From Pristiophorus japonicus (taxonomy: Eukaryota): 64,000 nt of DNA. Location: positions 30,504,001 to 30,568,000 of the forward strand of contig NC_091996.1 in NCBI RefSeq assembly GCF_044704955.1, in the 5' to 3' direction. The translations under genes were made by a program, and so were the position numbers. A model generated the notes under the pieces. The model had not been told where the DNA came from, did no database searches, and was given only the letters and a program-made list of their open reading frames with translations. This document shows positions 51,793 through 63,721 of the stretch, piece after piece. The stretch's first letter is position 1, and each line of letters opens with the position of its first letter.

Positions 51793-53510
51793 CAAATCCC
51801 CTCTAAACCGCCTACCAATTACTTTAAATTTATGCCCCCTGGTTGGTGACCCCTCTGCTAAGGGAAATAGGCCCTTTCTATCCACTATATCTACGCCCCT
51901 CATAATTTTATACACCTCAATGAGGTCTCCCCTCAGCCTCCTCTATTCCAAAGAAAATAAACTCAGCTTATCCAATCTGTCCTCATTGCTAAGATTCTCC
52001 AGTCCCGGCAACATCCTTGTAAATCTCCTCTGTACCCTTTCCAGTTCAATCACATCCTTCCTGTAATGCAGTGACCAGAACTGCACGCAGTACTCTAGCT
52101 GTGTTTTATACAGTTCAAGCATAACCACCTCCCCCACCCGCCTTCCCTTGCTCTTGTATTCAATGCCTTGGCTAATAAAGGCAAGTATCCCATATGCCTT
52201 CTTAACCACTTTACCTACCTGGCCTGCTATCTTCAGGGATCTGTGGACCTGCATTCCAAGGACCCTTTGTTCCTCTACACTTCTCAGTGTCCTACCATTT
52301 AATGTGTATTCCCTTTCCTTGTTAGCCCTCCCCAAATGCATTACCTCACACTTCTCTAGATTAAATTCCATTTGCCACTGTTATGCCCACCTGACCAGTC
52401 CATTGATATCTTCCCGCAGTCTACAGCTTTCTTCTTTATTATCAACCACACAGCCGATTTTAGTATCATCTGCAAACTTCTTAATCATACCCCCTATATT
52501 CAAGTCTAGATCATTGATGTATACCACAAAAAGCAAGGGACCTGGTACTGAGCCCTGCGGAACCCCACTGGAAGCAGCCTTCCAGTCACAAAAACACCCA
52601 TCAACCATTACCCTTTGCTTCCTGCCTTTGAGCCAATTTTGGATCCAACTTGCTACTTTACCCTGGATCCCATGGGCTTTTACTTTTGTGACCAAAAGCC
52701 TTGATAAGATCCATATACACATCATCAAATGCACTACCCTCATCGACCCTCCTTGTTACCTCTTCAAAAAATTCAATCAAGTTAGTCAGACAGAACCTTC
52801 TCTTAACAAATCCGTGCTGACTGTCCTTGATTAATTCGTGTCTTTCTAAATGAAGATTTATCCTGTCCTTCAGGATTTTTTCCAATAATTTTCCCACCAC
52901 CGAGGTTAGGCTGACAGGCCTGTAATTACTCGGTCTATCCCTTTCTCCCTTCTTAAACAAAGGTACCACATTAGCAGTCCTCCAGTCCTCTGGCACCACA
53001 CCTGAAGCCAGAGAGGATTGGAAAATGATGCTCAGAGCCTCTGCTATTTTCTCTTTTGCTTCGCTTAACGGACTGGGATACATTTCATCCGGGCCTGAGG
53101 ACTTACGCACTTTCAAAGCTGCTAAATCCCTTAATACCTCTTCTCTCACTATGTTTATTTCATCTAATATTTTATACTCCTCCTCCCTGATTGCAATGTC
53201 TGCATCGCCCCTCTGTGAAAACAGACGCAAAGTATTCATTAAGAACCATACCCACATCTCCTGCCTCCACACACAGATCACCCTCATGTTCTCTTTTAGG
53301 TCCTACCCTTTCTTTAGTTATCCTCTTGCTCTTAATATATTTATAAAACATCTTTGGGTTTTCCTTGAAGTTATTTGCCAAGAATTTTTCATGCTCTCTC
53401 TTTGCTTTCCCAATATCCTTTTTAATTTCACCCCTGGACTTTCTATCCCTCGGTATTTAGCCCTCGGTATCTGTCACAAGCCTTCCTTTTTTTCTTAATC
53501 CTACCCTGTA
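51793..53510 (-). mobile_element. CR1 LINE of another subfamily, frameshifted RT
   Basis: ORFs 52658..53287 (NYRPVSLTS), 52381..52743 (GVPQGSV, KFADDTKIG) and 51943..52371. Confidence 0.93.
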
Positions 53511-55480
53511 TGTTGGCATGCAGGTACAGCAGGTGGTGAAGAAGGCAAATGTTATGTTGCCCTTCATAGCTAGGGGATTTGAGTATAGGAGCAGGGAGGT
53601 CTTACTGCAGTTGTACAGGGCCTTGGTGAGGCCTCAACTGGAATATTGTGTTCAGTTTTGGTCTCCTAATCTGAGGAAGGACGTTCTTGCAATTGAGGGA
53701 GTGCAGCGAAGGTTCACCAGACTGATTCCCGGGATGGCAGGACTGACATATGAGGAGAGACTGGATCGACTGGGCCTTTACAAATGCTTGACGAATCTTC
53801 TGGAATTTTTTGAGGATGTTTCCAGTAAAGTGGACAAAGGAGAACCAGTTGATGTGGTATATTTGGACTTTCAGAAGGCTTTCGACAAGGTCCCACACAA
53901 GAGATTAATGTGCAAAGTTAAAGCACATGGGATTGGGGGTAATGTGCTGACGTGGATTGAGAACTGGTTGTCAGACAGGAAGCAAAGAGTAGGAGTAAAC
54001 GGGTACTTTACAGAATGGCAGGCAGTGACTAGTGGGGTGCCGCAAGGTTCTGTGCTGGGGCCCCAGCTGTTTACATTGTACATTAATGATTTAGACGAGG
54101 GGATTAAATGCAGTATCTCCAAATTTGCGGATGACACTAAGTTGGGTGGCAGTATGAGCTGCGAGGAGGATGCTATTAGGCTGCAGAGTGACTTGGATAG
54201 GTTAGGTGAGTGGGCAAATGCATGGCAGATGAAGTATAATGTGGATAAATGTGAGGTTATCCACTTTGGTGGTAAAAACAGAGAGACAGACTATTATCTA
54301 AATGGTGACAGATTAGGAAAAGGGAAGGTGCCAAGAGACCTGGGTGTCATGGTACATCAGTCATTGAAGTTTAGCATGCAGGTACAGCAGGCGGTTAAGA
54401 AAGCAAATGGCATGTTGGCCTTCATAGCGAGGGGATTTGAATACAGGGGCAGGGAGGTGTTGCTACAGTTGTACAGGGCCTTGGTGAGGCCACACCTGGA
54501 GTATTGTGTACAGTTTTGGTCTCCTAACTTGAGGAAGGACATTCTTGCTATTGAGGGAGTGCAGCGAAGATTCACCAGACTGATTCCCGGGATGGCGGGA
54601 CTGACCTATCAAGAAAGACTGGATCAACTGGGCTTGTATTCACTGGAGTTCAGAAGAATGAGAGGGGACCTCATGGAAACGTTTAAAATTCTGACGGGTT
54701 TAGACAGGTTAGATGCAGGAAGAATGTTCCCAATGTTGGGAAGTCCAGAACCAGGGGTCACAGTCTGAGGATAAGGGGTAAGCCATTTAGGACCGAGATG
54801 AGGAGAAACTTCTTCACCCAGAGAGTGGTGAACCTGTGGAATTCTCTACCACAGAAAGTAGTTGAGGCCAATTCACTAAATATATTCAAAAGGGAGTTAG
54901 ATGAAGTCCTTACTACTCGGGGGATCAAGGGTTATGGCGAGAAAGCAGGAAGGGGGTACTGAAGTTTCATGTTCAGCCATGAACTCATTGAATGGCGGTG
55001 CAGGCTAGAAGGGCTGAATTGCCTGCTCCTGCACCTATTTTCTATGTTTCTATGTTTATACACTGGAGTTTAGAAGGATGAGAGGGGATCTCATAGAAAC
55101 ATATAAGATTCTGATGGGACTGGACAAGTTAGATGCGGGAAGAATGTTCCCGATGTTGGGGAAGTCCAGAACCAGGGGACACAGTCTTAGGATAAGGGGT
55201 AGGCCATTTAGGACTGAGATGAGGAGAAACTTCTTCACTCAGAGAGTTGTTAACCTGTGGAATTCCCTGCTGCAGAAAGTTGTCGAGGCCAGTTCATTGG
55301 ATATATTCAAAGGGAGTTTGATATGGCCCTTACGGCTAAGGGGATCAAGGGGTATGGGGAGAAAGCAGGAAAGGGGTACTGAGGGAATGATCAGCCATGA
55401 TCTTATTGAATGGTGGTGCAGGATCGAAGGGCCGAATGGCCTACTCCTGCATCTATTTTCTATGTTTCTATGTTTCTATG
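53511..55480 (+). mobile_element. CR1 (family A) host copy in two pieces (53511-~53779 and ~55056-55480)
   Basis: The pieces rejoin as GGCCTTTATACACTGG; TTTA is duplicated at the break. Confidence 0.92.
53780..55055 (+). mobile_element. CR1 (family A) nested inside another CR1
   Basis: RT from [10 protein letters not shown] through to its own tail; shares diagnostic residues with 9442-11440. Confidence 0.94.
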
Positions 55481-56301
55481 TATGTCCCGAGACATCCAGG
55501 GGGCTCTAGATGTGCTAGTCCCACCCTATTTTACAAAAGCAGAATGCCAAAAGTCCTGAGAATTATATGTTTCGTTCAAATTGATCTGCGAATAAAGATA
55601 AAAATTGTAATTAGAAAATAGGGCCGAATTTCCACGACAGGTATGGACTGCAGTAATTAACCAGCTGTTTGGAGTTAGTTATTGGTGATCTTAACAAAGA
55701 CTCACAGTGCTGAGAGACAGCATTCGTTTTAACAGATATTGGGCTAAAAGTTTCACAACAGGAACATCAGCCCTTTCCAAGCCCACGTCTGACACGGAGT
55801 ATTGCTTCACAAAGTGAGATTGTAAGAGAAGTCTGACATGCTCCACCCCCTCAAATACTGAAATGATACTGCAGTTCAATGGTCCCATTCAGGCAGCATT
55901 GAAAAGATAAGAGTGCAGTTGACATCATTGTGACTGGGAATTACTCAAGCATTTCAGACAGCAAAGTACAAGGCCAGGCTTGAGGGTGTTGGCGTATTGT
56001 TTGTAATACGCATTTCGGGCCCAACCTCTCTACCCCACAGATGTGTTAAAAGATATATGGTCTGGAAATTGCCCATCACCCCAATTGGGGGCGGTAACCC
56101 TCCGGGGCCAGGACTTCCTGCGCCTGGCCCGGAAGTCCTGCCCCCGATGTGGAATTGAGCTGTACGCCCCTCAAAGGAAGCGGGGCGTTCTCTCCGGCGC
56201 TGTCTCCGGCGCTGTCTCCGGCTCTCCTCTACCTTTGAGGGGCGCTCCCGGGGCGGTAGCATGGTGCTGAGTGCAACACCACACTACAATGCTCCTCTTT
56301 A

Positions 56302-56729
56302 GGCTTATATTCACTGGAATTTAGAAGAATGAGAGGGGATCTCATAGAAACATATAAAATTCTGACGGGACTGGACAGGTTAGATACAGGAAGAATGTTC
56401 CCGATGTTGGGGAAGTCCATAACTGGGGGTCACGATCTAAGGATAAGGGGTAAGCCATTTAGGACCGAGATGAGGAGAAACTTCTTCACTCAGAGAATTG
56501 TGAACCTGTGGAATTCTCTACCACAGAAAGTTGTTGGGGCCAGTTCGTTAGATATATTGAAAAGGGAGTTAGATGTGGCCCTTACGGCAAAAGGGATCAA
56601 GGGGTATGGAGAGAAAGCAGGAATGGGGTACTAAAGTTGCATGATCAGCTATGATCATATTGAATGGAGGCGCAGGCTCGATGGGCCGAATGGCCTACTC
56701 CTGCACCTATTTTCTATGTTTCTATGTTT
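56302..56729 (+). mobile_element. CR1 (family A) 3' fragment within a GC-rich MITE-like element (~56059-56779)
   Basis: ORF 56329..56634 and tail; outer ends GGTCTGGAAATTG / CAATTTCACCCC. Confidence 0.9.
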
Positions 56730-57249
56730 CTCCCCTTCCATTAAAGCGGAAGGCTATAAAAATGGCCAATTTCACCCCCAAATTTGTAAATATATATATT
56801 GAATTTGAATGCCATACCATTGTCATACATCGCCAAACCTAAAAGACAATAGTTTTGTTATCTTATTTTTCATCTAATTTCTATTTGAGTAGGGAGTTAA
56901 TCATCTATTTGAACATTTTTAATTATCAGATACGTCCACAAGAATGAATGAGGAAAACCAGTATAGATGTTTTCAATTAAAATTCATTTCTTATGGACCA
57001 GTAAAACATATCAGCCTAGATGTTGCATGATTTACCTCTTGATTTTCGGGCACAATGGGAAAACAGGATAAATCCTGCCATTCCAGATTGCGCTGGCTTT
57101 GCATCCTGACGCAATTTCCTGTGGGCATTCCTGCAAGGGTGGAATGCGCCCCTGTACATGAAGGGGCCAGTCTGGTCATTTCAGTGGTGATTCTTCAATC
57201 TGATTGGTTGAAGAGCCATGCTGTTGCTATTCCTGCCACATGCCACAAA

Positions 57250-57268
57250 TCGCCTGTAGAGGGCGCTG
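57250..57268 (+). promoter_or_regulatory. CTCF-like motif
   Basis: CGCCTGTAGAGGGCGCTG. Confidence 0.4.
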
Positions 57269-57699
57269 CACTGAAAAACTCTCTCGACCAAACACAAGTT
57301 GTTGCTCAAACATCCACGAAAAGTCTGCCGGCAGCTGGAAGCGCAATGAATGGCAAACGGCGTTCCTTCGCCACCGACCGCAAAATCCAGGCCATATATA
57401 TTTCGAAGCGAACCGATCCGATCTTCAAAGCCATCACTATTTCGGCTTTTAAATCCTGCAGTAGCGCAAATAGTGAGCTCACAATTAGAGGCGGTGTTAT
57501 CGCCTGAAGCTCACCTCCAGTATTGAAATCAAGATGCTCCCAGAAAATGTGACACCACTTTACTTTTAGCGGGTGTAAACACAGTCTGTCAGTATTCCGC
57601 TCGGGTTTTTTTTTGCCCGGGTCGAAAATTTTGCTCATGGCCACCACTCTGCTTTCATCAGGATATCCTGGAAGTTTAACTAAACTGCTTCACTGGAAG

Positions 57700-58320
57700 G
57701 GTAAACCTCTACGTTAGACCGTGTTACTTCTCTTACTGTTTTCTGCCTGGTGCGATACAGTTTGGGCGGGAGTTTAGCACCGGCGCTCCTGCGCCCGGAG
57801 ATTGTGACGCCATCGCCACGCGCATCGCCCTGTTGGCATCCCGGCTCCGAAATTGGCTTTCTCCCCACTGCAGCAGTGCCGGGCGATAATACCGACAGCT
57901 GCTTCCGGGGCGTAAATTAATGACAAGGTGACCGGGGCAGGGGAAAAAAGTTCCTTGTTTTGTTGCCGCTCCTGATACGGTTTCTGCGCGTCCTGTCTGC
58001 GATCGCTCAGCCCGGCAGTCTGCTCGAGTGCATGGCTGTTCGCGTGGCACCCCTGCTCCCTGGTGGTCCAGGTAGATGCCTCTTCCTTCTGCAGATACGG
58101 GCCCTCGGATGCAGTCAAGTGCTTAGCACTGCTGTGCTGTCCGCCCCATTAGCGCCCCCGGAAGGAAGTGGAGTGCTTGATTTAGTGCTCCATTTCCTTC
58201 CGGGGGGGGGGCGATAACTCAGATTTTTCAAGAGGGGCGGTACTTCCGCGCCTGGCGCTAAGTTTCGTGCCTCCCAGATGTTACCATCCCCAACCGGGGG
58301 CAATGCTGAACTTCATCCCC
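57700..58320. mobile_element. CpG-rich Harbinger-like non-autonomous element fragment with an internal palindrome
   Basis: Palindrome at 58156-58206; ends GAACTTCATCCCC; left end not resolved. Confidence 0.5.
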
Positions 58321-59914
58321 TTTGAGTGATGTGGGTGATGCAGGTTGATATGTTCAGCTCTTTCTCTCAGGCATGTTGGGAGTTTTGTTTGTGCAATAAA
58401 AAGTGTCGAGAATCTGGGAAGTATTTTATTCGGATCATTTTTCTTCTTCATGTTATTTAAAATTTATTGCTGCAGCCGAGTTATTGATGATCTGCCTCTT
58501 AATTAGCTTGAGTACACCGGGAGTTCTGGTTGGCTGACTCTGAATATATTAAACTGACCCAAAGTTAATGAGAAGATCGTTAAAAAGGGGTTCTTTAGCT
58601 TGAACAAAACGTCAGCAAAATTATAAAAAACAAATGGTCTGCAACATAGCAAACGGAGTAGTAATCAAGATCGCAACAAGCAGAACTTTGCAGCAAAAAG
58701 GCTTTTGTTAATATTTGTTTTTATTTAATATGCACATCCATAGGAAGCAGACTTTAGCTCTCCTGCTAATGATGTCACTTGCTCTCTTGCCAATCATGTT
58801 ATTATGTTAATAATTAACATTTGCAGTTTTATTTTACGCTGAATTAGAGGACAGTGCTGATTAAAACACAAGGTAGCGTTGAGTGTTAAGATAATTCAAT
58901 ATCTCCAATTTCAGCGTCAAATGTTAAAGAATCGTAAAATTTTACAGTGCAGGATGACACTATTCTGTCCATCGTTCCTATGTCAGCTCTCGGAAAGAGC
59001 TATCCACTGGTCTGTTCTCCATCACATGCCCCATACTTATTTCTTTATTTTCTTCTTAAAATATTATCCACCTCCTTTTTAAAAGCTGTTTATGGATTCT
59101 GCTTTCACCATGGTTCTTGTAGGTCATTCCATGTCCTTACAACTCTCAATCTCCAAATATGAGACTAACCTAACATTTTAGTGATTATCTTAAATTTATG
59201 CCCTTCAGTTACTGAGTCACCAACCCGTGGAAATAATTATTTTCCCAATTTACCTTATCGAAACATCTCATCATTTTGAACTCTCCTTTTGATCAGATCT
59301 CCTCTTAACCCGCTCTATTCTAATGGAGAAAGCCCCAACAGGTCTATAGTGTCCTCCTAACTAAAGCCTCTCATCCCTCTTGATGGCCTTGACATTCTTC
59401 CTTAAATAAGGCAGCTGAAATTGGACACAATATTACAGCCATTGCAGTTTTTCCTTTTTATCTGGCAATATTTGAACATTGCCTCTTTGCTTCTGTACGC
59501 TATGGGTGAGAGTTTCCTCTCAAATTGCCCAGTTACCGTGCAGAAATACAAGTTCCGTCGAAAAAAACACATTTACCGCCTAGATACCGCCCAGCAGTAA
59601 ATTCCAGTCATTACCGCCGGGCGGTATTCGATACTGTCCGCCCATATATTACTGCCCAAATACCACCCAAAATGCAAGTTTCAGGATTAAGATCCAGTTA
59701 CCACCGGACCTTAATACCATCCTGAAAAAGCAGGTCTTACTGGATCTTAAGTGGGCAGTATGGACACAGATCTGACAGGTTTGTTTGATATTAGATCTTT
59801 ATAGTTCTCCACAATTTGATGTATTTTCAAATGGATTGCAGTATTTTCTAGTGTTAGGCTCTAATAAAGCATTAGTCACTCCTTTAGTCGCTCACTCATG
59901 AGTCTCACTCACCC

Positions 59915-60715
59915 CCCACTCTCTCTTAGTCCCCCCCGCCAGTCTCTCCTCCCCTCCCAGTCCCTCCTCCCGGCCAGTCTCTCCCCCCGTCTCTCTCCCC
60001 CCACCGTCTCTCTCCCCCCCCCCCAGTCTCTCTCCCCCCCCCCAGTCTCTCTCCCCCCCCCGTCTCTCTCCCCCCCCCAGTCTCTCTCCCCCCCCCAGTC
60101 TCTCTCCTCCCCCCCCAGTCTCTCCCCTCCCCAGTCTCTCTCCTCCCAGCCTCTCTCCTCCCCCACCCCCGTCTCTCTCCACCCCCAGTCCCTCCTCCCT
60201 CCTGTCTCTCTCCTTCCCCCCCCCCCCACCCCAGTCCCTCCTTCCCCCCCAGTCTCTCCGTCTCTCCTCCCCCCCCTCAGTCTCTCTCTGATATGTCCTT
60301 ACTATACAGTATAAATGCACACGAGGCCCATACTTGAGAGAAGGTCACTCTGTGACCAGTTACCTTTATTACCAAGACCTCAAGTGATGAAGGTGGGTGG
60401 AGCTTCCCCTTTTATACCTGAAAGTCCAGGTTAGGAGTGTCTCCCACAAGTTCACCCCTTGTGGTCAATGTTCTCAAGGTGTACAGCTTAGGTCAGCTTA
60501 TACATGGGTTACAATGATAGTTGAATACATGACACTCTCCCCCCAGTCTCTCTCTTCCCCCCAGTCTCTCTCCTCCCCCCAGTCTCTCTCTCCCCAAAGT
60601 CTCTCTCCTCACCCCAGTCTATCTCCTCACCCCAGTCTATCTCCTCCCACTACTGTAATCTCACCCCCCCCCCCCCCCCCACCAGCGATCCCTCTCCCCC
60701 CTCCTCCCCCACAGC
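59915..60715. repeat. C-rich minisatellite (CCCCAGTCTCTCT)n interrupted by an LTR
   Basis: Directly visible in the sequence. Confidence 0.95.
60289..60534 (-). mobile_element. Solo LTR (Gypsy-like), 246 bp
   Basis: TG..CA ends; TSD CTCTC at 60284-60288 and 60535-60539; TATAAAA followed by AATAAA on the minus strand. Confidence 0.85.
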
Positions 60716-60766
60716 GATCTCAAGCTGGCAGTCTCTGGCCTCTCGGGGGGCGGGGGGGCGGAGGTT

Positions 60767-61187
60767 ACATAAGAACATAAGAAATAGGAGCAGGAGTCGG
60801 CCATACAGCCCCTCGAGCCTGCTCCGCCAGTCAATAAGATCATGGACTCAGATCCACTTTGCTGCCCATTCCCCATAACCTCTTATCCCCTTATCGTTTC
60901 AGAAACTGTCTATCTCGATCTTAAATTTATTCAATGTCCGAGCTTCCACAGTTCTCTGAGGCAGCAAATTCCACAGATTTACAACCCTCTGAGAGAAAAA
61001 ATTCCTCCTCATCTCAGTTTTAAATGGACGGCCCCTTATTCTAAGATTGTGCCCTCTAGTTCTAGTCTCTCCCATCAGTGGAAACATCCTCTCTGCATCC
61101 ACCTTGTCAAGCCTCCTCATAATCTTATATGTTTCGATAAGATCACCTCTCATTCTTCTGAATTCCAATGAGTAGAGGCCCAACCTC
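60767..61187 (-). mobile_element. CR1 (family B) 3' fragment
   Basis: ORF 60899..61183; TTCTTATG tail. Confidence 0.93.
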
Positions 61188-62215
61188 TACCGCGCGCACG
61201 TGCGCACAGCTTGGGAGCCGAAGCTTCCCGTGTCGCTAGGCCTCCTCTGTCGCACACCGCTCGCTGCACTCCACTCCCGCCCTGCTTCACTGCCGCCGAC
61301 ATGGAGCACCCGCAGCATTCCGGCGGTTGAAAAAGACGCAAGCGCCGGAACACCGCTAAGGATCGGGCGGGATCGATTTAAAAGGAAAATCCAGCTGTAT
61401 ACTTCCATTCAAAAAAAACCTAGGATCCCATATGTCTCTTTCTACAGCTTTATTAGCTTATCTTCCTACATTTAAAGATTTGTGTGCTTGAATCATAGGA
61501 ACAGGAGAAGGCCATTCAGCCCCTCAAGTTTGGCATTCAATTAGATCATGGCTGATGTATACCTTAATCCTATTTACTCACCTTTGATTTATATCCCTTG
61601 ATACCCTACCTAACAAAAATCTCCCTAAATCTCTCTGCTCCTCTACCATTTAGTGTATATGGCCTCTCCTTATTCTTCCTTCCAAAATGTATTACCGTAC
61701 ATCTCTCCAAATTCAATTCCATCTGCCCATCTACTAACATGTCCAGTATAATATGATCTGATACAATGGTTACTTTCGAACACATGTTTTACCTCTCATT
61801 AATGCCCTTGATCAGCCAACTGGAACACTCATCAATTAATCTGTCCAGTACACTCTCTAACTATCCAGTCATCTCCAAGGGCTATATTTCCTTTTTTGTT
61901 GGAGGTAGGGTTAAAACCCAGCTTTTGTATATTTGCCAATTAAAATGAAACAACAAATTCATTAGTAGGGACATAAAAGCTGCCAATCTGGTATGGTAAC
62001 ACAGTAGTTATGCACCTAATGGTCTGGGGACATGAGTTCAAATCCCACAGCAGCTGGGGAAATTAAATTCAGTTAATTAAAAAAAAATCAGGAATAAAAG
62101 CTTATATCAAGTAATGGTATAATGTCATAAAACCCCATCTGGTTCACTAATGTCCTTCAGGGAAAGAAATCTGCTGCCCTTACCTGGTCTGGCCTATATA
62201 TGACTCTATACCCAT

Positions 62216-63052
62216 CATCATCATAGGCAGTCCCTCGAAATCGAGGAAGACTTGCTTCCACTCTAAAAATGAGTTCTTAGGTGACTGAATAGTCCAACAC
62301 GGGAATTACAGTTTCTGTCACAGGTGGGACAGACAGTCGTTGAAGGAAAGGGTGGGAGGGACTGGTTTGCCGCACGCTCTTTCCACTGCCTGCGCTTGAT
62401 TTCTGCATGCTCTCGGCTGTTGTGTATGGAGAAAGAGTCAGACTGAACACTGTGAGCTCAAAGTAAAGTATGACTTTAGTCTTTTATTGCAGGTCTCCAG
62501 AGTGCATCTCCAACCTGTGAAGCCTCCTTAAATACCTGTGCTCCCAAGGGATTATGGGATCCCTTGGGACTCCAGGGGATGAGCTCTCTGATGGCTGTAC
62601 AGAGTAAATACAAGTATACATATATAACATTGGAGATGAGACTCGAGGTGCTCAGCGCCCTCCCGGATGCTCTTCCTCCACTTAGGGTGGTCTTTGGCCA
62701 GGGACTCCCAGGTGTTGGTGGGGATGTTGCATTTTATCAGGGAGGCTTTGAGGGTGTCCTTGAAACGTTTCCTCTGCCCACCTTTGGCTCGCTTACCATG
62801 TAGGAGTTCGGAGTAGAGCGCTTGCTTTGGGAGTCTTGTGCGAACAATGTGCCCCGCCCAGGAGAGCTGGTCGAGTGCTTCGATGCTGGGGATGTTGTCC
62901 TGGTCGAGGACGCTAACGTTGGTGTGTCTGTCCTCCCAGGGGATTTGCAGGATCTTGCGCAGACATCGTTGGTGGTATTTCTCCAGTGATTTTAGGTGTC
63001 TGCTGTATATGGTCCACGTCTCTGAGTCATACAGGAGGGCGGGTATTACTAC
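62216..63052 (-). mobile_element. RTE LINE 3' fragment containing a solo LTR
   Basis: ORF 62552..63157 VVIPALLYDSETWT..KRFKDTLKASL; TSD ATACCCAT at 62208-62215 and 63053-63060. Confidence 0.92.
62418..62629 (-). mobile_element. Solo LTR (Gypsy-like), 212 bp
   Basis: TGTT..AACA ends; TATTTAA followed by AATAAA on the minus strand; degenerate TSD TCGGC/TTGGA. Confidence 0.82.
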
Positions 63053-63579
63053 ATACCCATAATGTGGTTGACTGCCGTCTGGAGTGGCTTGCTGGGCTAG
63101 GTTCATCACCACCTTCTCAAGGACAATAAACATTTGTCTTGCCAGCGAGGCCCACATGCCATGAATGAATAAATAAATAAAAACAACAGAGTTGAAATAA
63201 TGCCTTGCTCACACTTTTCAGGCAGCTAAATTGACAGTTAACCAGTGTAACTGATTACACATTTAGCAATCTACTGGTGATGGCTCCACAAAAATTAACA
63301 ATGACATATCCAATTTGAAAGAATCTATAGAGCTTGACGTAAACAATGTGGATCCCACATCTAACACTGATTGGGCGCATGCATATTAGGATTGGTGAGG
63401 ATGTGACATACAACTAAGGATTTTATGTTTTTCAACCGATGGCTCCTGCTTTCAATTATCAACAAATTAACATCTGTTCAGCAACTGCGAGCAGAGGTCT
63501 GACTCAGTCAAGTACCCAGCATCCCGTGGTCATATATATATATATATATAAAACATGTATATCATCAATTTATAGGCAT

Positions 63580-63721
63580 CATCATCATAGGCAGTCCCTC
63601 GGAATCGAGGAAGACTTGCTTCCACTCCTGAAGTGAGTTCTTTGGTGGCTCAACAGTCCAATACGAGAGCCACAGACCCTGTCACAGGTGGGACAGATAT
63701 TGGTTGGAGGAAAGGGGTATG
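63580..63721 (-). mobile_element. RTE LINE extreme 3' end
   Basis: Matches 3870-4005; TSD TTATAGGCAT at 63570-63579 and 63722-63731. Confidence 0.9.

Larger units (their letters stand above)
61990..63185 (+). mobile_element. tRNA-derived SINE (22665 family) split by an RTE insertion
   Basis: Pieces 61990-62215 and 63053-63185 rejoin. Confidence 0.75.

Noticed and set aside
57055-57507. 150-aa ORF as a gene
   Set aside because: It has no recognisable motif and overlaps a MITE-like terminus (CGCAAAATCCAGGCC).
59892-60780. Pro-rich and Gly-rich ORFs
   Set aside because: They are translations of the C-rich minisatellite.
3527-61187. CR1 strand bias as proof of a minus-strand host gene
   Set aside because: Young copies are about 16 plus to 5-6 minus, but older CR1 fragments are mostly minus. 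The sample is too small and inconsistent.
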